Shown: one piece after another, positions 48,249 to 55,238 of the stretch
Layout: the number at the start of each line of letters is the position of its first letter
Numbering within the stretch: the first letter of the stretch is position 1
From: a virus
IMG/VR virus record: IMGVR_UViG_3300027608_000021
Location: 19,150-83,149 of that record
Length of the DNA stretch: 64,000 nucleotides
Strand: one strand, 5' to 3'
Made by a program: the position numbers and the translations under genes
Notes under the pieces: model-generated
The model's input: only the letters and a program-made list of their open reading frames with translations
Databases searched by the model: none
What the model was told of the DNA's origin: nothing

Positions 48249-48614
48249 TCATTTCACAGATTCCTTCTCAACGCTTTTGTTTGACCCGCATTGGTGGCAG
48301 CGGTAGGTCTTGCCATCCCACTTGCCGACCTCTGGCTGAACCTCTACGCCTCCTGTGTCGGTCGTAGCGAATCCGTCCTTGTGGACATCGTTGCCACACT
48401 CACACACGAGGAAGTCGCCCTCGTACCTGATGGCGTGCTCCTGATGGTCGTAGGCTCGTCCTACCTGAACCGCGTGGATATCCTCCTCCCACCACTCTGA
48501 GACTTCCATATCCTGTGCGATTGCGACAGCCTTGTCCATCGCCTCCGCTGCGGTCTTTGCCTCTACTCTGATCTCAACATCCGCAACCTTGCGAACCTCT
48601 ACTTCCCAAATCAT
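48249..48614 (-). CDS. Hypothetical protein with C-terminal zinc ribbon
   Basis: CECGN...CHQCG; stop codon inside the downstream element. Confidence 0.7.
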   Translation of the reverse strand: MIWEVEVRKVADVEIRVEAKTAAEAMDKAVAIAQDMEVSEWWEEDIHAVQVGRAYDHQEHAIRYEGDFLVCECGNDVHKDGFATTDTGGVEVQPEVGKWDGKTYRCHQCGSNKSVEKESVK

Positions 48615-48886
48615 TAGTTCACCTCCTCGTCAATGAAACCTTCTAGATGAAACTCGTCCACGATTATAAATGCGGGAACCTCCGTGCCGTACTTCTTGTG
48701 AACCACCCCATCAGGCATCGGAATGTCCTCAAAGTTGTCGCCGCTGCGGTATGCCTGAATCGCCTTCTTTGCTACCTCAATCATAAAGCGTGGCGGTGCG
48801 GGGTACAGGTTGCTCGTCATATGCCACTCCAATGCGACATCCTCGCTCGCTGCCTCGCGCATCCCCATCAGTCCTGCGTATCCCAT
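48614..48886 (-). CDS. Hypothetical protein
   Basis: Element + AAGGAGG upstream. Confidence 0.7.
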   Translation of the reverse strand: MGYAGLMGMREAASEDVALEWHMTSNLYPAPPRFMIEVAKKAIQAYRSGDNFEDIPMPDGVVHKKYGTEVPAFIIVDEFHLEGFIDEEVN

Positions 48887-48930
48887 ATGACCTCCTTCCT
48901 ACTCTCTAGCCGAAACTATTACATACTTGA

Positions 48931-49230
48931 TCAGTTGTAGTCGGTGCTCCAAATAACTTCTGAGATTCCTCCGTCGTGAAGCATCCACTCAACTTCTGTG
49001 AGTATCCTCCCCTTGACTTCCTTTGTTGCAAACTCCTCCTCACAATCCGAGCACCAGAGAGACTCTACTTCTGTGCCGTCCACAAAGATGTCGTCTCGTG
49101 GCTCCTCAACCCAGAACGCTCTACCCGCGTCGTCAATAGGCTTCAGGTTTGCCAGTACCTTTGCCGTGATCGTGATCCCCGAAGCCTCATCACCCGCTAC
49201 CTTAGCCCGATCACAAGTGTGCTTGTACAT
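48931..49230 (-). CDS. Hypothetical protein
   Basis: Element + AAGGAGG upstream. Confidence 0.7.
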   Translation of the reverse strand: MYKHTCDRAKVAGDEASGITITAKVLANLKPIDDAGRAFWVEEPRDDIFVDGTEVESLWCSDCEEEFATKEVKGRILTEVEWMLHDGGISEVIWSTDYN

Positions 49231-49274
49231 AGACACCTCCTTCTAGCCTCTAGCCGAAACTATTTCACAGATCT

Positions 49275-49541
49275 CTACTTCGTGGGAAACTTGGCTGAGA
49301 GCCACTCGTAGGCTTCCTTAGCCTCCTCGTCCCCTTGTGCCATTGCGTTTCCCAGATGCCCTGCAATGTTGATGACTGATCCGATCAAAGCACGAGCATC
49401 CTCGCGCTTCTTGCGACCCGCAGCCAAGAACACCACATTATCTGCAAAGAGTGCAGCCATCGCCGCGTACCCCTGCTTCGTGGGAGTCAGGTCAATGAGA
49501 CCATTCTCCTGTTTGATTGCCTCGTCCTTCATCACGCTCAT
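49275..49541 (-). CDS. Hypothetical protein
   Basis: Element + AAGGAGG upstream. Confidence 0.7.
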   Translation of the reverse strand: MSVMKDEAIKQENGLIDLTPTKQGYAAMAALFADNVVFLAAGRKKREDARALIGSVINIAGHLGNAMAQGDEEAKEAYEWLSAKFPTK

Positions 49542-49583
49542 ACTTACCTCCTTCACACTCTAGCCGAAACTATTTCACAGATC

Positions 49584-49814
49584 CTATCGCTTGCCAAGAG
49601 CCTCGTCGGTCAGGTTCATCCCCATCTGCGTATGAATCTTGAGCCGATCCGTGTCGCCGTGCTTGTCGTACTCCTCCAATGCCAGACCATACGCTACCGC
49701 TGCGTCCACGAACGCACGCGCCGCCCTGCCGTCCTGCGTGGTCAGCGAGTTCAGAAACGCGAAGTCCCGCCGACCTTCCAAGAATCCTCTAAGCATCCCA
49801 TTGTCTGCTGCCAT
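49584..49814 (-). CDS. Hypothetical protein
   Basis: Element + AAGGAGG upstream. Confidence 0.7.
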   Translation of the reverse strand: MAADNGMLRGFLEGRRDFAFLNSLTTQDGRAARAFVDAAVAYGLALEEYDKHGDTDRLKIHTQMGMNLTDEALGKR

Positions 49815-49907
49815 AGTCGCACCTCCTTCTACTCTCTAGCCGAAATCATTTCACAGATTCCTTGCCGTTGGGGGGATCAGTCGCCCGACCCCCCCCCACC
49901 GATACCC

Positions 49908-50327
49908 CTAGTCCATCCTTGATCGGAACCCTACGCCCTTGTAGCCCTTGCTCGTGAGGTAGCGTGCCACCGCTCCTGCTGCCGCCTCCTTGCGAGACAT
50001 AGACTGACCGAATCCTGAGACCCAGAGATCTACCCCGCCGTCGTAAGAGTTCTTGTGAGCAGAGAATACTCCACCCCTAGCGTCCCCATAGTTCCTGAGG
50101 ATCGCCTTGCCAAGAGCCGTATTGAGCGGCACATTGACCCACGCGAATCCACACGCTCCCCCTGAGACATCCCAGCGTTGCCCAGTTGCGGAGTCCACCA
50201 CTACCATCGGTGTAGGGCTGTCTCCCAGTCCTGCGGCGCAACCCTGAGCGATTGCCTCAATGAGATCCTGCTCAATGACGAGCCGCTGAGCCTTCGCTGC
50301 TCTAATCTTATCCTTCACATAACCCAT
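49908..50327 (-). CDS. Conserved phage hypothetical protein (CGFAWV motif)
   Basis: GACGFAWV...QSMSRKEA pattern; element + hairpin + GGGAGG upstream. Confidence 0.75.
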   Translation of the reverse strand: MGYVKDKIRAAKAQRLVIEQDLIEAIAQGCAAGLGDSPTPMVVVDSATGQRWDVSGGACGFAWVNVPLNTALGKAILRNYGDARGGVFSAHKNSYDGGVDLWVSGFGQSMSRKEAAAGAVARYLTSKGYKGVGFRSRMD

Positions 50328-50402
50328 ACCATTACCTCCCACTATCAGGGGATCAGATTGTCTGACCCTCCTACCCTCTAGCCGACATCATTTCACAGAT
50401 CC

Positions 50403-50576
50403 TTACTTCTCCAATCGTACTGGAGTTTCGGTGGACTGATCAAAGCCAACCTTCGCACCAAGCCATACGAAATCCTCGTGATCGCGCACGAGTTTCGCGC
50501 ACTTCGCCTGATCGTTAGCAGCCGCTGCTGCCTCCATCTCCTGCTCAATCTGATCCAGTTTCTCCTGAATGGTCAT
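50403..50576 (-). CDS. Small helical hypothetical protein
   Basis: Element + hairpin + AGGAGG upstream. Confidence 0.65.
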   Translation of the reverse strand: MTIQEKLDQIEQEMEAAAAANDQAKCAKLVRDHEDFVWLGAKVGFDQSTETPVRLEK

Positions 50577-50716
50577 CCCTACCTCCTGCTCTGAGGGGAT
50601 CATCCCCTCCTACCCTCTAGCCGACATCATTTCACATATGTTTAGCATAAAATATTAGTATTATATTACACATATATACCCCAGAAAATCGCCCGAAATA
50701 CCCTATTTATATCAAC

Positions 50717-50890
50717 TCACAGGGGAGTCTGCTTCCCTCTCCTAGCCGATTCTGCTTCCTGCTCTCTACGCTTCTGGCGTGCTTTCTCCATCAGTTCATT
50801 ATGGAGTCGGAGCGTGCCCTTCCCACTCATCACCATACGGAATGAGCGTGAATCCACCTTATTGTCTCTATTGCTCTTGATGTAGTCCAT
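50717..50890 (-). CDS. Small basic protein (57 aa, not in ORF track)
   Basis: MDYIKSNRDNKVDSRSFRMVMSGKG...; element + AGGAGG upstream. Confidence 0.6.
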   Translation of the reverse strand: MDYIKSNRDNKVDSRSFRMVMSGKGTLRLHNELMEKARQKRREQEAESARRGKQTPL

Positions 50891-51287
50891 CAGTCTATCC
50901 TCCTACTCTCTAGCCGAGATCATTACATAGATGACCTCAGTCCATACCCCTCAATACTAGGCGACGCTCGCCGCGTGCTTATTTGTTGTGCTGCCCTCTA
51001 CCCTCTAGCCGAGAACATTACACATTTGCCCAGTCTTGGCAAGCCTTTCCCACCAGAGCCAAAAGCATTTCACATATCCCACCCGCGTGAATGGTACATC
51101 TGTTCTATTCGCCACTAGCAAGGGGGTTATCCACATATGTGAAACAATCCTGTGAAACATTACACATATACCACCCCCCTGAAACGGAGCCATAATCATT
51201 TCACATATAAGTATAAGAGAATGGACAGAGAGGGGTAGGAGTCCCTCCCTGTCCTAGTGTCTTTGTGCTTCTCCTACTTCGGCGGAC

Positions 51288-51611
51288 TTAGCGGACGATT
51301 GCGGAGACCGCTCCTCGTGGCAACCCTACGCCCTGCCGCACCACGCTCTGGTGTCGCCCTGTCGTGTGGCTGTACTTCTCCGCTGGCACAACCCACTCGC
51401 CCCGCTTCGTGTACCACGCGATTGGTGTGCTGTACGAGTAGACTACATACGAGACTTCTCCCGCTGTGATGTCTGCCAGCCACAACTCCTGCGCCCTGCC
51501 GTAGATGATCCCTGATCCGTTAGGGCTGCGCGTTGCCCAGATGCTGTTGCCTCTGAACTCTGCACGCTGCGCCACTTTACCAATGGCATCGTGCCGTGTC
51601 GTGTATCCCAT
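51288..51611 (-). CDS. Conserved phage hypothetical protein (YSYxTPIA...YSxTTxRHQ motif)
   Basis: Motif pattern; element + hairpin + AGGAGG upstream; hairpin downstream at ~51223-51253. Confidence 0.75.
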   Translation of the reverse strand: MGYTTRHDAIGKVAQRAEFRGNSIWATRSPNGSGIIYGRAQELWLADITAGEVSYVVYSYSTPIAWYTKRGEWVVPAEKYSHTTGRHQSVVRQGVGLPRGAVSAIVR

Positions 51612-51715
51612 TTGACCTCCTACTATCTGAGGGGAACTTCCCCTCCTACCCTCTAGCCGAGAACATTTCACATATCCTTATGACAGCCAGAGCCAACATC
51701 ATTTCACATATATGG

Positions 51716-51950
51716 AGAAAAAGCAAGGGGGGAGCACCCCGTCGGATACTCCCCCCCTGTATCGGGTTGATTCCTACACCCCCCGTCGGGGATGTGCTCC
51801 TCGCCACCCTACCGCTCCCAGATTTACAGAGTCTGCCCTAGCGGTCATCGCTCCACCTGCATCTCCAATACCCGCATTTGAGGCTGCGGCATTTTGATCG
51901 CTCGTCCGATCGCCTCACCTTAGGGAGAGAGTTCCTAGGATCTCTCCTCC
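51716..51950 (-). ncRNA. Candidate ~230-nt structured non-coding RNA with its own terminator
   Basis: Between an element copy and a U-tailed terminator; no convincing ORF; six successive hairpins. Confidence 0.6.
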
Positions 51951-52032
51951 TACCCTCTAGCCGTAATCATTTCACATATGGATAGAACAGATGTTCTATT
52001 TGGCCAGAGCCACAATCATTTCACATATAATA

Positions 52033-52068
52033 TAAAAGAAAAGGGGAGGGCTGCCCACCCTCCCCTTC
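52033..52068 (-). terminator. Intrinsic terminator
   Basis: AAGGGGAGGG/CCCTCCCCTT stem followed by a U-rich tail on the minus strand. Confidence 0.75.
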
Positions 52069-52070
52069 CC

Positions 52071-52310
52071 TTAGACCTTCTTGCTGATTGTTCTAATGGC
52101 TGCCAGATCCCAGAAGCCATCACCTCGTGCCTGATCATTGAGGAGGATCCTCCCCGAGATCAACGCGCCCTTGTTCTTGTACTCCCCTGCGGCTGCTGCT
52201 GCGGCGTACCGCATCACCTCCGCACTTGGTGCAATATTGGTGAGTGTACGCTTCGCGTGTCCACCCTTCCCGAACTGCGCCCAACGCTTCAGACCCCAGA
52301 CCTTACGCAT
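52071..52310 (-). CDS. Small basic hypothetical protein
   Basis: Element + AGGAGG upstream; terminator downstream. Confidence 0.7.
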   Translation of the reverse strand: MRKVWGLKRWAQFGKGGHAKRTLTNIAPSAEVMRYAAAAAAGEYKNKGALISGRILLNDQARGDGFWDLAAIRTISKKV

Positions 52311-52548
52311 CTTGACCCTCCTACTAGTGGTGGCGTATCTCGCCTCCTACCCTCTAGCCGAGATCGTTTCACATTAGATAACTAATAAAGAGAGCCAGAA
52401 CCATTTCACATATGCTACTAGAATCATTACACATATAAAATAATAAAACGCCGATATGTGAAATGATTATAAAAATACATCCCTAATGTGAAATGATAGT
52501 GGCACGGGGGTTCGGGAGGAGGCTCCTGCCTCCCCCCTCCCCTCCCTC

Positions 52549-52848
52549 TTAGAAGTGCGGATCCATATACTCTCGCGCTTCTCCGAGTGTGAGTCCGTAC
52601 ACGCTTGCTCCTGGAACGTAGAACTCCGTGCCTCGCTTTGTATCCTTCAGTCTGAACTTCATCTCTCGCCCGTTGAGTCCGCCGCTTGTAATGTATCGCA
52701 CCACGACCTCTTTTGTGAGCCGCCCGTTGCGCTTGGCTGCCGCTTCTGTTGCGAAGGGTACGATCCTCACAACCTCTGCCGCGTATGAGTCCGATCCGCA
52801 ATGGATCGTTGCTGGCATCCCCAGCGCGAGTCCTTTGTACCAGTCCAT
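52549..52848 (-). CDS. Conserved phage hypothetical protein (ends DPHF)
   Basis: GMPATIHCGSDSY...GEAREYMDPHF; element + hairpin + RBS upstream. Confidence 0.75.
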   Translation of the reverse strand: MDWYKGLALGMPATIHCGSDSYAAEVVRIVPFATEAAAKRNGRLTKEVVVRYITSGGLNGREMKFRLKDTKRGTEFYVPGASVYGLTLGEAREYMDPHF

Positions 52849-53109
52849 CTGACCCTCCTACTCTGAGGGGAACTGCCCCTCACCCTCTAGCCGCAATCAT
52901 TACATATATAGCGGAGCCACAAGTATTTCACATATACGCCACTAGTTGAGGGTATATTCTTTGATTGTGCCACTAGTTATGTGAAATAGTCTCATATTTC
53001 GTGCGTGCCAACATCATTTCACATATACTAGTCAAAACAAATAAATCATTTCACATATTGCCAGACGCTGCCAAGTTTCGCCCAAATGTGGCACGATCAT
53101 TTCACATAT

Positions 53110-53143
53110 GATAGGGGAGGGTGATTGTCCACCCTCCCCTATC
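53110..53143 (-). terminator. Hairpin after gene 53146-53484
   Basis: GATAGGGGAGGGTG/CACCCTCCCCTATC 14-bp perfect stem. Confidence 0.65.
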
Positions 53144-53145
53144 CC

Positions 53146-53484
53146 CTAGATCGTGATCGTCTGACCCTTTGCCAGATTGTAGATCGCCATCTGGCGATTC
53201 TCCCTCCCGAGTCTCATAGCATCCCGCTTCGTGCGGACGATTGTCGTAGGATCCAGATGGATTGTATCGCCATCCACCCACGCTCCCAGATGCCGAGTCC
53301 CGAACCGATACCAGATGAGGAACAATGCCTGACGGATTGTCGTCTCCGTTGCCGTGATCGGGAGCCTGATTGCCGTCTCCGTCGTGGCTCCTACGGCATA
53401 CCCCCGCTTCGGGGTGATCGGGGTGAGGGTGCGACTCTTGATCGTCGCTCCGCCATCCCGCAGGATTCTATCGCGTAGATTCAT
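53146..53484 (-). CDS. Conserved phage hypothetical protein
   Basis: GGAT, GYAVG, LGAWVD...HLD, A..LG....Q.AIY pattern; element upstream. Confidence 0.75.
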   Translation of the reverse strand: MNLRDRILRDGGATIKSRTLTPITPKRGYAVGATTETAIRLPITATETTIRQALFLIWYRFGTRHLGAWVDGDTIHLDPTTIVRTKRDAMRLGRENRQMAIYNLAKGQTITI

Positions 53485-53596
53485 CTCCTGATCCTCCTAC
53501 TAGTGGAGTGCTCTTGCCCTCCTACCCTCTAGCCGAGATCGTTTCACATAGCATAAAAAATATGCGGAGCCACAATCATTTCACATATAACACAAT

Positions 53597-53632
53597 AAAA
53601 AAGGCAGGGAGGTACGCTGACCCCCCTGCCTT
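53597..53632 (-). terminator. Intrinsic terminator
   Basis: AAGGCAGGG/CCCTGCCTT stem plus A-run on the + strand. Confidence 0.7.
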
Positions 53633-53636
53633 CTTG

Positions 53637-53801
53637 TTAGATTCTGCCGTCTCGTCGTGCCTTCTCGTATAGTGCCGCACGACTCTCCAAGTAGTCCTGA
53701 CGATCCTGATACTGCTCAATCTTTTGGATGATTAGCATCCCTGTGAGTACGAATAGTGCACCACCTGTGAACGCCGTCAAGATTGCCGAGATCTCTACCA
53801 T
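53637..53801 (-). CDS. Small N-terminal-TM protein (54 aa, not in ORF track)
   Basis: MVEISAILTAFTGGALFVLTGMLIIQKIEQYQDRQDYLESRAALYEKARRDGRI; element + hairpin + AGGAGG. Confidence 0.65.
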   Translation of the reverse strand: MVEISAILTAFTGGALFVLTGMLIIQKIEQYQDRQDYLESRAALYEKARRDGRI

Positions 53802-53992
53802 TGCCGTTTCCTCCTACTAGTGGAGAGCACTTCTCTCCTACCCTCTAGCCGAGATCATTTCACATATCCGCGTGATGGAATACCTTAAAAGCAAGCCACT
53901 AGAAGAAGCATATGTGAAACAATCTCAGACTCATAATCATTACACATATAAGATTGTGTGCGGTGCCAGAATCATTTCACATATGAATGAGC

Positions 53993-54037
53993 AAAAAAAA
54001 AGGGAGACCAGGGCAGCCTCGCCGCCCTGATCTCCCT
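53993..54037 (-). terminator. Intrinsic terminator of the sigma-like gene
   Basis: AGGGAGA-CAGGGC stem with a 9-nt U tract on the minus strand. Confidence 0.8.
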
Positions 54038-54058
54038 CTTGCCGTAGCAGCCTCGCTG

Positions 54059-54694
54059 CTAGTCTCGGCTGGAGTGTGCACCGCCTTCGGTGCGTGCCTT
54101 CGCACGATTCACCGCTACTCGCACCGCGTTAGCGGTGGTGCGGATCCCTCGTGCGCGCAGGTTCGCAGCGACCTTCGCAGCGTACCCGTAGTGTGCACCG
54201 CCGACTGCCTCCAGTTCGGCGAGAATCGCAGCATCATTCGCTGCGCCTCGTGCACCGTTAGCAGCACCGCGTGCCGCCAGTTCTGCACCGTGTGCAGCGA
54301 CCGTGTGAGAGTGTCGCACCGCGACCACCGCTGCGACCAGTGCGCTACGCTCCGCATCCGCACCGCGCACCGCGTGCGCATTGTCTGCGACCTGATCGGC
54401 CAGCACAGATCCCAGATCCGTCATCTCGCCATCCTTGCCGCTCACCGCTTGCGAGAGATAGGCGAAGCGCACCGCTGCGCCATCCCCTAGCCGCTCCTCA
54501 CGGTTGGCATTGTACGCAGCGCGCACCGCTGCAGCGACCGTAGCCGCAGGATCAGTCGCGAGAATCATGAGCGCATCCTGCGCCATATCCTCACGATCGG
54601 CATACCCTCTAAGGCTGCCAGTATGGAGCGCGGCAACGGCTGCCGATACCTCGCGGATAATCTCCGCCGTGATCCTCTTGTGAGACATATTCAT
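54059..54694 (-). CDS. Divergent sigma70-family (ECF-like) RNA polymerase sigma factor / transcription factor
   Basis: Region-2-like DREDMAQDALMIL; sigma-finger-like YLSQAVSGKDGEMTDLGSVLAD; region-4.2-like YAAKVAANL...TANAVRVAVNRAKAR. Confidence 0.6.
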   Translation of the reverse strand: MNMSHKRITAEIIREVSAAVAALHTGSLRGYADREDMAQDALMILATDPAATVAAAVRAAYNANREERLGDGAAVRFAYLSQAVSGKDGEMTDLGSVLADQVADNAHAVRGADAERSALVAAVVAVRHSHTVAAHGAELAARGAANGARGAANDAAILAELEAVGGAHYGYAAKVAANLRARGIRTTANAVRVAVNRAKARTEGGAHSSRD

Positions 54695-54763
54695 GTCTCC
54701 CTTCTCCCTCGTCTATAGGCAGCGAGGGGCTGCAGCAGATCGGAGACCCGACCTGATGCCATC

Positions 54764-54777
54764 AGTATAGCCGAAAA
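54764..54777 (-). promoter_or_regulatory. Probable -10 element of the sigma-like gene
   Basis: Minus strand TTTTCGGC-TATACT, followed by a hairpin leader and an AAGGGAG RBS. Confidence 0.55.
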
Positions 54778-54996
54778 GCAAGAAGCGCGTTTTCGTGAAT
54801 ATTCATCAGGTTTCGTGCTTAATATTCATAAAAAAACGAGAATATGCACCCCCTCCGCACCGCTCCACGACAGGCGTGCGGGCACCTATTAAGTACCTAG
54901 AGGAAATATATACAGAATCTGAAATATTATATAAGTAAGAACTTATGTTGGAAGCACAAAGACAGCATCGCTTGACGATGCACACGCAAAGACACC

Positions 54997-55213
54997 TAAT
55001 CTAACCCAGGTCGACCGTGGGGAAACTCTACGAAACGCTCTCTGGAACTTGACTCCTACCCCTCCTCCCCTAAGAAAATAACCCAGGCTAACCTGGTATA
55101 TGTTATAAAATATAAGTGGTACTATTATATGAGACCAAAATACCCTCAAAAAGCGCGTATAGAGTGAAGGGTAAATTTCTTAACAGTAAGATAATCTAAC
55201 CCAGTTAACCCAG
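54997..55213 (+). repeat. TAACCCAG direct repeats in the AT-rich region upstream of the packaging operon
   Basis: Copies at 55002, 55079, 55197 and 55206, plus TAACCTGG at 55089; TAATCTAACCCAG occurs twice. Confidence 0.6.
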
Positions 55214-55238
55214 CTAATGAGTATATGGGAGTATATCC

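Larger units (their letters stand above)
44262..53866 (-). promoter_or_regulatory. Array of 19 copies of a start-associated element, minus strand TGTGWAAYR-N4-CGGCTAGAG-RGTAG-(G)AGG
   Basis: The + strand CTCTAGCCG-N4-YRTTWCA(C/T)A occurs near 44272, 44625, 46367, 47438, 48237, 48904, 49248, 49558, 49834, 50376, 50615, 50908, 51003, 51651, 51955, 52352, 52885, 53527 and 53843. All copies are intergenic or at gene junctions and co-oriented with the genes. Confidence 0.92.
51056..53985. repeat. About 18 stand-alone half-sites (GCC-N5-CATTWCACATAT or its core), mostly co-oriented, some inverted
   Basis: Direct copies near 51056, 51188, 51690, 52006, 52392, 52415, 52914, 53006, 53045, 53090, 53567, 53930, 53964. 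Inverted copies near 51136, 52455, 52486, 52978, 53910. Confidence 0.88.
1..54900. mobile_element. Siphovirus-like phage genome, copy 1 (~55 kb, essentially complete gene set)
   Basis: Ordered terminase-portal-protease-capsid-neck-tail tube-chaperone-tape measure-fibres-lysis, then replication and accessory genes. The same gene order restarts 55.3 kb later. The right boundary is approximate. Confidence 0.93.

Noticed and set aside
51127-51135. Perfect DnaA box TTATCCACA as an origin
   Set aside because: A single copy is within chance for 55 kb; it overlaps a half-site and no cluster was seen.
51805-51850. tRNA-Tyr gene
   Set aside because: Only an anticodon-arm-like hairpin; no D arm, TTC arm or acceptor stem.
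44262-53985. Repeat array as a CRISPR array or classical integron
   Set aside because: The spacers are whole genes of 60-1700 bp and the repeats are degenerate and non-palindromic. No cas1/cas2, tyrosine integrase or attC-like inverted structure is seen.
51136-53985. TGTGA as CRP/FNR sites
   Set aside because: The second TCACA half at 6-bp spacing is absent; the motif is asymmetric.
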